Assembly: GCA_907165135.1 (NCBI GenBank)
Contig: OU015566.1
Location: 10,602,001-10,666,000 of the forward strand
From: Oikopleura dioica
Lineage: Eukaryota; Animalia; Chordata
Direction: 5' to 3'
DNA: 64,000 nucleotides
How positions within the stretch are numbered: the first letter of the stretch is position 1; every line of letters starts with the position of its first letter. The position numbers were made by a program, and so were the translations under genes. Of the stretch, positions 36,405 through 47,695 are shown piece by piece. The notes beneath the pieces are model-generated. The model did no database searches. It was given only the letters and a program-made list of their open reading frames with translations, and was not told the DNA's origin.

Positions 36405-38576
36405 ATGTCTCCACTCAAGCGGCTCTTACAAGCAACCTGCAAGAAGAGCAGCGATTTAGAGCAAAGTCTAAGCGATTCGGAGGAGGGGAGACTAGTGATT
36501 GTCGAGTCAGATTCAGAGGAGGAAGAGGAGGAGGAAGACAAGCGAGAGAGGAATCCCAAAAGACCCGCATCGACACCACCATCAAACTTGTCAACAGATC
36601 TACAACAACCAGCAAAGAGAGCAGCAATCGAGCGCCCAGCAGCAACGACAGTGCAGCAACCAGTCAAGCTACGGCTAAAGGCTTTGAAGGGTGTTGCGAA
36701 TCAGTGCCAATATTCGATGGGCACTTCAGAAAAATTGGCCTTAAAAAAATTCACCCAAAGCCACCAACTTCCAAATCAAAAAAAAATGGCGAGCATTACC
36801 TCCCCGGAATATATTTCAACCCAAACTACAATGGTGAGCGGCGGTGGCGCAAGCAAAACCGACAATCAACAGACCGAGGACGAGGTAATTTATTTTTTTT
36901 ATAAAAACAATATCAAGAAAAAATCTAGAATCTTCCGCCACCACCAATTCCACCACCAGTTGCCGAGTCAACTCCAACCAAGTTCACGACAACGCCAGAG
37001 ATGAAAACAGTCACCCCATCGTCAAAAATCGTCAACTGCAAGAGAAATCTAACGCAAGCAATATTTGGCAAAAGGTAATTTCAAAGCAAAAAATAAAGAT
37101 AAAAATTTGTTAAATTAGACAAAAACAATCGCCACCGAAACAACCAAATGTGCAAAGAATTCAACCGTCGCCAATCAAGTCAACAGTGACGCGAGAAACT
37201 CAAACAGACTTTCCACCACCACCACCACCGCAACCGCCGCGTCAGCAGATTCACAACAACTGCAGCAGCAGCAGCAGCAACCCCCCTCAATTCATCATAA
37301 CAATGACAAATTATGGTCTTTTGATGACGCCAGCCAACAATTCCAATATTCAAGTGAACGCTCTCAATCTCCCAAAAGCTCTCCACCCCATTCCTGGAAC
37401 AATGCCTCAAAACATTGGAGCCAATCGTCTTTACATGAACGTGAGCTCTTCACAACAACAACAACAACAAAAACAACAACAACAACAGCGACCAGCAAAA
37501 CCACCCCGACGGAAGAAGCAACAAAAGTCCACAACAAACTCCCCGCACCACCATCACAACAGTTCAACTGGCAGCAACAAGACTTCTGGCAGCAGCAGCA
37601 GCAGCAACAACAGTACTACTACTGGAATGGATCAATCGCAGACCATCAATCACTCGACTACAACCCCTTCAACCACGGCAACTATCACAACCACCACCAC
37701 CAATCCTCTAGATACGACCAGTCACAGTATCAACAGCGAGACCAGCACGACCAGTCACAGCAACGATTTTACAGCAGCCGACCAATGTTTTCTTCTTTCG
37801 GAAGAGAGGCAGAATGTGGACAGAGCAATTTTGGAGCAAATTTATACCGACCAATATATCAACAGAGTCACATCGACTACAGCTCCTTTTATTCAAACGA
37901 CGCCACGCCACTTTCAACAACGTCATATTACCCAACACCACCACCAACAACAGCAACAGCACCACCACCACCACAACCACCACCAACAACCAACACAACC
38001 AATCACTACAACAAACACTACCAGCACGGCGGCAACAATCAACAACAACAACAACAAAATGTCAAACAAAACAACGGCTTACAATCAACTTTTCCCAACT
38101 ACTACGGCGGCGACGACGGTCAACTATCGCAAAAAGAACACTTCCAACATTATGAACAAATTGACAAAGGACCAGCTTGCTCACTATTTTCAGCAGCAAC
38201 AGCACATGTTGGCGAGGGCAGCGGCGGCGGCGGCGGCTCAGAGACGACAACAGACAACCAATTCGACACCACAACAAATTTTTTACCAACAGCAATTATT
38301 CAACCAACAAACATTCAACAGTTGCACCCATCCAAGCAGCACCAATTCGGCACCACCAATGCCACCAACAACCAGCAACAATTCATCGTTTCTACAGCAA
38401 ATTCCACTATCTCAAATTCTGAATCAACATCAGAAAACCACCAACCCCGCCCAATTTCAACACCGATAATTTTCACAGATATTGATACAGGAGGTAACAA
38501 TTTTTTACAACAACGTTTTTATTTATGCTATCATTTTAGAAATCATCTGCAACGACAGCATCGAGTCAATTCTTGA
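36405..38576 (+). CDS. Polinton Q/T/H-rich low-complexity protein, transactivator-like, spliced
   Basis: ORFs 36405-37004 and 37150-38469 link through two short introns; acidic SDSEEGRLVIVESDSEEEEEED, RETQTD, poly-Q/poly-H tracts. Confidence 0.6.
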
Positions 38577-38695
38577 ACTTTAAAAAATACTAACATTCTT
38601 TCCACGTTATTTTGCTTCGAATCTTTACTAATAATAATGCGGTGTGCTTTTTTTTTCTAATAAAACAAACAACAAAATAATTGTTTTGTCTCAAT

Positions 38696-39638
38696 TTATT
38701 TATACATCCAGGTCAAAGGATAACTCAAAATGGCGATTTGATAAGCGAGTATGCGATGAACACGAACATTTGATTCTTTAAAAACATTGCGCCGATGAAA
38801 GGTGTTTCGCAGGATTCCATCTCGAAAAACTTGTGGCTCAATTTCACTAAGCAGTTGTTTTGCATCTTCAGCAGTGCGAATGTATTCTGTATCGTTGACT
38901 GAACCCCATCCATTGGCGTAGATTATTTCCGTTCGTGTTTTTGACTCCTTTTCGCCAGTCACGTGATTATAGACTACACTTGTTGATTTTGTGCTGTAAA
39001 AAGCGTCAACACTTATCCTTAAAAATCCAGATAGATTTTTCATAAGTAGTTCAGTAGCTTCGACAACGTCGCGATTGTTCAAAATCGTAATAACAAATCT
39101 ATCGCACATTTGACCGCCACGACCCTGAAGATCCGCTCCGGCAAGAAATTTGTTGTGTTGCCATTTTTGTTCTAAAATTTTATAAATTTTTTTATATAAG
39201 CAATATTTACAAACGAATATAATGCTTGATTGGAAATCTAAAAGAGCTATTTCCACCTGCAAGCGCTTCGATTTCTTCTTTTTCAAAGTACGAATCGTCT
39301 GGCACAATAACGGGAAAAGCATTGTCCAGAAATTTCTTTTCTTGAATAAGAATTTCATCATCAATGTTTGCAATGTTGTCATCTTTGGAAGTTGAGCGTG
39401 GTGGAAAAAACCATTGAATCTGTGAAGGCGTCAAATTAAAATCTTTTACATTGTTTGAGTAAAAATCGAGAAATTTTTTTGGAATGTTTTTTGGCAATCC
39501 ATCCTGTCGCGCTCGAAGTCTTGTCAATTTTCGAATTCTCTTAATTTCAGCAAATTGTCTGTTTGCAATTTCGCGTATCAACTGTTGAGACGGCTGCGGC
39601 GGCGGCGACGACGGTGGTGATGATGATGGTAGTGACAT
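38696..39638 (-). CDS. Polinton gene immediately downstream of PolB; candidate stand-alone terminal protein
   Basis: Exon 1 MSLPSSSPP...EEIEALA, 85-nt intron (39172-39256), exon 2 EQKWQH...FLRISVDAFY...AEDAKQLLSEI...ESNVRVHRILAYQIAILSYPL. The gene model is solid; the TP identity rests on a by-eye resemblance. Confidence 0.6.
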
Positions 39639-39684
39639 TCTTAATAAATTTTTTTGAAACAAAAATACCCGTCTATAATTTTGT

Positions 39685-42600
39685 CTAAATGAGCGTTCCA
39701 TCCGCTCTACGCAATGGATAAGTTTGTATCTTGTCACAGTCAATTATTCTCTTTTTTAAGGTCGAATTTATAACGCGTTTTTTCATTATCCAAGTTTTCA
39801 TTTTCTTGTTCTTCTGATCGTAATTGATAGTCGGCATGCTTTTCTCGATTCGCTCTTCCATATTATCAGAAAACAAAGCGGCCAAATACTCGTAATGACT
39901 AAACATAATAGCCTCTGCTATGATGCAATTTACTTACTTTAGTTTTATCTTATGGGCAACCCCTTTTGCTGACCGCTTCTTTGGGACTATATTTTGGTCA
40001 TCGCCACCACCACCGGCGCCGCTGCTGTTACCACCACCACCACCACCACTGCTTGCAAGCGCGCTGTTATACTCGTCCAGTAATTTGTAAATCTTTGATC
40101 GATTTGCAGGATCCAACAATTTTTTTTCAAAATCACTAGTGTAGCACTCGCTCATAATGTAGCATTTTGGTGATAGCGCAATAAACCAACCGCGAGAAAT
40201 TTGCTCTTCGATTTTCAATAGCCCAGGCTCCTTTTGAGATTCTGGCGCTTTTGTTGCAAACCATTTTTTAACAATAATATCGTCCCATTCTTGACGAAGC
40301 TCATCCCTTACATGCTCCTCGAGTGTCGGTCTTGTCAAAGCCAGTAAAAACGAATCAGTGTCACAATAACAGAATCGATAAGAACCCTCGCGCATGTACT
40401 TTCGTAAAACATCGAGAAATTTAAAAAATAGTAGCTTACTATTTTGATAGACAAAAATTTGAATATGAATGGCCAAATCTTCAATTATTCGCTTCTTTTT
40501 AAAGCTTACTTCGTGAAGAGGATCAACTCGATGGCCATCGGATTTAAGGGGCTCCATTTGCTTCATAAGCGGATTTCTCAAAGCTCGATACAAACCATCG
40601 GCAGCAATGATTTTCGTATCAGTAAAACGGCTTCGATTGACTGCAAAATTGCCCACACAAGAGTTTTGCAGAAATTTTGCGAGATTTGAGAGACTAACAT
40701 CTTTGTCGCGCACAGCTTGCACGCGATCGGCAACCATTGATCTGATAAACTTGTGAAAGGGTTTTCGGCGAGTGTATTGTACAAAGTACTTCAACTTGAA
40801 AGCTATGCCCTTTTTTACATAGTAGAGAAGAGTGTCAGATGTTGCCAAATAATTCTCAGCATGATAGCAAAATACATTCTCATCACATGGAAAAAGATTT
40901 TTTTTTTGCTGATCAGACAAAGTATTCAGCAAATCGCCATGAAGATCTTCAGCGCGAAGTGTTTTCTTTACAAAAATCGGCGGAATTGCTGGATGATCGG
41001 CAATCACTTGCTCAGACGAAAATAGATCAACCATGGCAAAACCATAGAAGCGACTCTCTCCATCGGCATTTGTCTCTAGCAAAACTTTTCGAAATTCGTC
41101 CTCGGTGACACCCTCATCGCCCAACGCATAACCAGTATAATTTTTTTGAGCGCCTTTAAAAATAAATGGAATACTGTCTGAAGCTGGTGCCATGTCATCC
41201 ATAACAAGTTGTCGCCACTCTTTGAGCCATTCGCAAGAATATTTTATCAAAACAACTGGCGGTGTATATGAATCGCCATCCTCGTTTTTAATGAATTCGC
41301 GAATAGCGATTATTCGTTGTGCATCGCGCTCGGCAAGTTCTTGAGCACTAAAGTAAATCGTTTTGGGATTTTTTGCATCCTTTTTGATCTTGACAACTCG
41401 CGGATTTCGCTTACACTTGAAGCAAGTGTGAAAAGAACAACCTCTGAATTCGAATATAAAGCGCTTCTTCAAACCAGTATCTTCATCAATTATTTCAGCA
41501 TATCCATCCACAAAATAATCACCAATTTGCTTTTCTTTAAAATTGTAAGAGTGTTGAATGCGCCCATACCAAATTTTATTGCTTTGAGAGTTGAGATGCT
41601 CAAGCCATTGAATAGATTGAATCGAAGAATTTTCGCGTTGTTTAAATAAACCTCTACAGAAAAATCTTTTTTCATCATCAGCAGCAGCACTGTTACACGT
41701 TGTTGTTATCGACATTGGTTCGAAAATCATACCCGGACCGCAGGGTAAAAAATGTTGAAATACAAACGGATACAAAGCGTTGAAATCCAACAGCAAGCAT
41801 TTCTTAAACAAATCGCCATTTGGCGCGCGATAAGCCGACTCTGGAACGTGTGGTTGAGCTCCATTTAAATAAATGGCGCGATGAAGCACTTGCGTTATAC
41901 CTCCAGTGAGACTCTTGCGGCAATCTCGATAAAAGTATGCAAAATCGGGTGGGATCGAGTAAATTGGCGGCGAGTCTTTATCGTAAAGTGTAAACGCCAA
42001 TCTATGAGCGATTTTTGTGATACTGATTTCAGAATGTATGCCAAGATTATACTTGGTCAAATACTTTTCAGCATATGCCGAAATCGACCCTTCCAACAAT
42101 AAAACATCATTGTAATTGTAATTGATCAAGTATTTCATCATACATGGTCTTGGTGGAGGAGGCAATGACTGTTTCTCCATTTCGCTCTTTTCACGCTGAT
42201 ACTCATCTTGCATTTCATCCCACATCTTGACACATTCTTGATAAATTCTTGGCGAAAATTTGAAAAAATCGAGAGAAGTGGCATCACGCGCATCAATCAC
42301 AGGATATGGTTGATCATCGAGTAATTTTATACACTTTCCCAAAATCAAATACAAGTGAACCGAATAGTCAAAACCATCTTCAACAAGCTTTAAAATAGTT
42401 TGGAAAATTTTTTTAGAAAACGTGTCAATGACACAAACACCATAACAAAAAAATTCAATAAGTTGCACAAATAATTTTAACTCTAAGACAGAAAATGAAG
42501 CAAAGCTAAAACTCTAGAAGTAATTTAGACACAAGAAGATAGCAATAATTTTCCAAACTACTCTCAATCGGACACTCGCGCTTTTCAAAGTACTCTTTCA

Positions 42601-45145
42601 ACGCATAATCATCTCTCAAATTGCTCAACTTCAGAAAATTGTAAACATGATCGACGATTGTTTCACGTTTCCACCTTTTTTCGTCAATCTTTTCCTTTAT
42701 AATTTCATTCATTTCGCTAATGAATTTGCTGTCCTTCATCGTCATTGTTGAATAGAAGCAAGTGTAGGCGCAAAATTTGTGTGTTTTATATAATTGATCA
42801 ATACTGCTAAACCATTCATACGGAAATGAGCCTTTTGAATAAACATCCGGGTTGAGCCCACATGATCGAGCCAGACTTTCCAACTTCATCGGGCATGTAT
42901 AGTTTTTAAAATCGCGAAAGCTCAGATTTATAGCATCAATCATCATATATCCAGAAGATCGCTTGATGATGTTGATTTGAGACGCATCGCGACCACAAAA
43001 CTCAAAGAGCGCACAAATCAAAGCCGGAAAGAGAACCACTAAATCATAACGTTCGCCAACCCAACTGTAAATTTTGAGTTTTAAAAAGTCTTTTAAATAA
43101 TTGAGCTTCTTTTTCATCATTCCCAAATCATGAAACGCCAATGTAGGATTCTTTTTTTCTTCTTCAATCTTTGACGAGTAATGTTCGATTCCGCTCTTAA
43201 TACAAGCTGGAAGATTTTTTTCAAGCTCTCTTTGCAAGTGCATTAAATACTTGATAAACTCGGCGCACATGACCAAAGCAGATTCAAAATCATTCGTCTT
43301 TCTTACAAAGCACATTTTCTCCTTTTCGCTTGTATAAGTAGCAATTGTGGCAAGATTGTGATATTTTGATTCAGTTGAAAAGGGTCCATTATTCATTAAA
43401 CATTCTATATCATAAACGGCAAAAAATTTTTGCACATAAGATGAAGAAGGCAAAAATTTTTCCTCAACAAGTTCGTGAACATGTCGATTGATGGTTTGAC
43501 AATCCTCAACACTTTGACGAATGATTGATATTGGCTCATCGGTGCACGTTTCTTCATGCTTTCTCATACGGTGTTTTCTCGATGTCGTAAACAGGCAATT
43601 CTTTGTTTTGCACTTTGGCAAAACTTTGACAGCGCTTTTGGGTAATATTCTTACGCGCGTATTATCATCAAATACATTTGGAGCCAAGCAAAAAACATTG
43701 CGAATGGGTGAATACTCGTCATCATCATTGTTGTGACCAATTGACTCGGGCAGCGGCGGCGGCGGCGGCGGCGACGACGGCGGCGAGGGCAATGTTGAAA
43801 GCGCATCTTCATGATCGCATTCTGCATTTAAAAAAGGATTATTTATAAATGATCTTTCAGAATCGGCATTGTTTGTCAAATTATCAAAATCAACAATATC
43901 GTCATCGTCATCATCGGCGGCGGCGGTGGCGGTAGGAAGCGGCGTTGTTTGCTCATCATCATCATCATCGCTATTTGCAGCACAATGATATCGATGACCA
44001 GCGGTATTACACCAATTACGAATTCTATTCATTTTATTATCACTCATGTTAACGCATTTGGCTCTTCTTCGATTAAAATCCAAGTCTTCTGAGAAAAGAG
44101 CCAAAAGACCAGGATTCTTTTGAAATCGGCGATAAGATACCGACGTCAATTTTTTAAATTCTTTTTCAAATTCATCTTCTTTATATGAAGCCACCAATAA
44201 ATTTAATTCTGTCATCTGAGAGCTTCCAATTATCTTGTATACACAAGTTTTGAGATTAACATTGTCATTCACAATTTTTCCAACGAAAAGAGCAATATTT
44301 ATTCCAAATCGAGTTCGGATTCGCTTAAAAACATCGTCGCCAATCGTAAAAACATTGAAAGATTTTTCACCGATAATTGTTTTTTTAACAAAGGTTGCTT
44401 TCTCATCAAGACGATTTCCTCCAAGATTTGGCCATTTTGTCTTTGCGATTGCTCTCCAAATTGAAATCCACTCAGAATCACATCGCTCTGCAGATTCTCG
44501 ATTAGGCAAAACATGAAAAACACCAAGACGGTGAAAAAATGGTCGAGCAGACTGTAAAACAACACGCGGGCGATCTTCATTATTACTTTTATTGGCACCT
44601 TCGAATAATTCACCAATATTTGGAACTGCGTGTAAAAACTCATCCCTTTGCGCGCGATAAGAGACACCAAGCGGTGCAAATTTTCCACCATACAGCACAT
44701 AAATATCAACGTTTAAATATCTCTCCACTTGAGATATTGTTGCTCTAGTTGGAAATTTGCCAAATTTTTCAATTAATTCAGCCGGATCTACACATGATAA
44801 TTCCTCGCGGAGAGCTCTCGTTATTTTTTTCGGTACACATGGGTATGATCTCTTGTAAAAATTCCACCATTTAATACCCATTAAAACAGCGGCATAGAAA
44901 TTTGAATAATTTTCCAAATCACCAACTGGAGCATACATCTCGCTGCTGCTGCTGCTGCTGCTACTGCTGGAATGACGTTGACGATGAGGCTCAGCTGATG
45001 TTGTAGGCTGATTATCGCCAGCATTTGAGAATCGCTCCTCAGATAATATTTGAATGTTTTTACTCTTTGTTAAAAAACGTCTGCGTCTCTTCTTAGCGGC
45101 ATTGTCTAAACCGCCAGGATGTTTCTTTGGAAGAAACCTTTTCAT
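39685..45145 (-). CDS. polB: Protein-primed family B DNA polymerase (pPolB)
   Basis: Exonuclease motifs VYDIE, GERYD, KGSFPYEW, YNYNDVLLL; polymerase motifs LDFNALYP, KFLQNSCVGNF, YCDTDS, SPKCY, KGV; nuclease-like insert (DGYAE...FEFRGCSFHTC) between motifs A and B; 39-nt intron 39899-39937; frame break near 42506. Confidence 0.95.
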
Positions 45146-45277
45146 AATCTTGAACTTCAAACACAAAAAAACACTTGTTTTTATACTTGAAAATATTTTT
45201 TATTTCACCAAACACATCACGGCGCTGTTTCTTCTTTATAGCTCAACAGCGCCCCATAATAATAGTCACGAACATAA

Positions 45278-47092
45278 TTAAGAGCCGGCTTTTCTTTTCC
45301 TCGAATTCATTTTGCTTCTGTCAGCCATTGTCGATAAAATTGTCGCCTCTAAAAATAATCAACTTTTGTAACAAAAACAAAACAAACCTTTTCGATTTCC
45401 ATCAAGCATAATAGCGTCGATTGGTATCTTCATCACAAGAACATCCCAATTTTCTTCGAGAATTTTCTCAAACGTTATTCTTGCAGTAATTGTAGAATTC
45501 TCCCCTTGTCGATCGTCAAATAGCAAAGGAACCATCCAAGATTGATTCTGAAATTGAAAAAAATCCAATCCTCCTCCAATCGATTTGTTTTCATATCGTC
45601 CATTGTGCATCAAGAAATTTTGATAGTGCTCCAGCGGATCAGTCCAAGGTGTCAAAAAAGCATTGTAATTGTCGACCAAAACCTCAAATTCCTTTATTTT
45701 AAAACCCTCCTCATGCATTGTCGTCTTTGTTATGCATCGTTGATAATCCGGTCTTTGACGCTTCTTATTAGACATACCAGTCAAAACGATCATATAAGGC
45801 ACCGGTCCAGAGCTCAACTCTACCTCATAAGTGGAGAGGCCCTTTGACAACACGTGAATTTTTAATCTAGGATAAAAAAACGGAATCTTGAGCATTTTAT
45901 CACTGTTACCAACTTTAATTGGTTTTTCGCATTCTCTCGCTTTGCAAAAAACACTCTTGAGCCAAAAATTATGAAGATTTGGCTCATGACTTTCTATACG
46001 AGCAGACTGTGCTGTTGGAATCAAATCTCTTTGTAGCCAAAAGCAAGCATAACTTTTGTCGTTAATCTTCTTGACTCGAATTTTTGGAACTTTCTTAGTG
46101 ATTTTATGCGCTTTAAAAGTCGCCTCCTTACAAATAGATGTTTTATCGGTTGCAGGTACTTCATTGACATTTAGCATCTGTTCAAGTGTTGAGACATCAT
46201 ACTCGCCACTTGTTATCTTATCTTTATAATCGTCAGGATCTTGAGGTTTCTTTGGAATTGCACAATCGCACTTATTCTTAGAATCATGAATGAGCGTTTT
46301 AGTCTCAAACTCGACTCCAGAATCTTCATTAAAAGGATATTTTAGCTCATCTGAGAAAAATTCCGTATCCTCTGATCGACACTCGATATAATCACTATGC
46401 CTCATGATATAATTTTTTGTTGGAGCAAGAATGGTATTAAACCAGAGGCGAGAAGCAGGAGGTAAGACTCGAGCTTGGCGAGCCAATCCATGAGAAATTG
46501 GTGTTTTAATCTTATAAATATGATTTTTAAACTCATATTTGACTTCCCGTTGGTCTTGCCCAATTTTAATATATCGCGCCGATTCAACGTCTTCTTCTCG
46601 CCATATAGGCGTTGCATGTAAAACTCGATTCTCAAGAGCTGTCAAATTATTACTCTTCAATCTATAATAATTCAAATCAGCGGCATCCAAATCGTAAGAA
46701 TCAAAATGACCTTCGGGAAAAAGCTCAATCTCTTGTGCTGAAGGTGAGTAGTTTAACTTTTTTATAAAATGATTAAAAAAAGTATACTCCAAACCCTCTG
46801 TGTAGGAAGAAAATATCGTACTGTCCATAATGTTAATATCCATTTTTGAAAATATCTTTGATCCAATCTCATTATCAGGAACGCAATTCGATGGTATTTC
46901 AATATCAAATTCAAATTGCATTTTGTCCAACTTGATGGGAAGTTTGTCTTTTGGAGTTTCAAATCGCCATGTAAAGGGTAAATCTTTAACTCCCAAACGC
47001 CTGACCACTTTTAACCCATTAAATGGATCCATCGGACGTTTTGAATCTTTATAAAATAAAAGATTTCCATAATCGCTTGTTGACTCGGGCAT
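45278..47092 (-). CDS. Major capsid protein (double jelly-roll, Polinton PY family)
   Basis: PDNEIGSKIFSKMDINI...KKLNYSPSAQ, PISHGLARQARVLPP, GPVPYMIVLTG and ITARITFEK...IMLDGNR follow the Polinton MCP pattern; a putative 39-nt intron (45349-45387) adds a C-terminal exon ending RKRKAGS*. Confidence 0.8.
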
Positions 47093-47187
47093 CGTTTTTT
47101 CTCTCTAAATTGACAAGTTTTGATTGAATAAAAAATACTTGCTGTTGCTGCTTATTGCTCGCTTTAATTTGTCGTTGTTGTTGTTGG

Positions 47188-47223
<36 letters not shown>

Positions 47224-47462
47224 GGATAAACTGTGATTGCTAAAAAGAGAGTTTATTTAAGAGAATTAAAAAAAGAGTTGAATGAAAATTTTTCTCTTAT
47301 CTTTAAAAGAGAATATAAAATCAAACTTATTATAGTCAATTGGATAACAAAGCAAAAAATCAGGGACGCGTATTTGTAGTTTTTGTAGAATCCATCGATA
47401 AATCCAGGAGAGCACTAAAAATTTTCTTTAAAATATGTAAGAACCGCATAGCCAGACCTTCA

Positions 47463-47639
47463 TCATCGTCGTCTCCGAGAGTACGCTCGGCGCCGACGTC
47501 GTCGTTGTTGTTGTTGTCTCCGCTTTGAAGTCTTTCTTGTCGACTTTTTTCGTTTTGTTGTGCTCCGGCGACTTGAACGTCTTTTTCTCACAAGAGGTCC
47601 CACTGAATAAACTCGTGGAAACCTCGAAATTCGAGCCAT
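47463..47639 (-). CDS. Protamine-like Arg-rich 58-aa protein (candidate virion core protein)
   Basis: MARISRFPRVYSVGPLVRKRRSSRRSTTKRKKSTRKTSKRRQQQQRRRRRRAYSRRRR*, located between integrase and MCP on the same strand. Confidence 0.65.
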   Translation of the reverse strand: MARISRFPRVYSVGPLVRKRRSSRRSTTKRKKSTRKTSKRRQQQQRRRRRRAYSRRRR

Positions 47640-47695
47640 TTGAATACACTTTAACAATCTTAATAAAAAACAATTAATTTTCAAAATATTGTTCT

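Noticed and set aside
37785-38576. Overlapping 263-aa and 113-aa plus-strand ORFs
   Set aside because: The region is CAA/CAC/ACA trinucleotide-rich and nearly T-free, so alternative frames stay open by composition.
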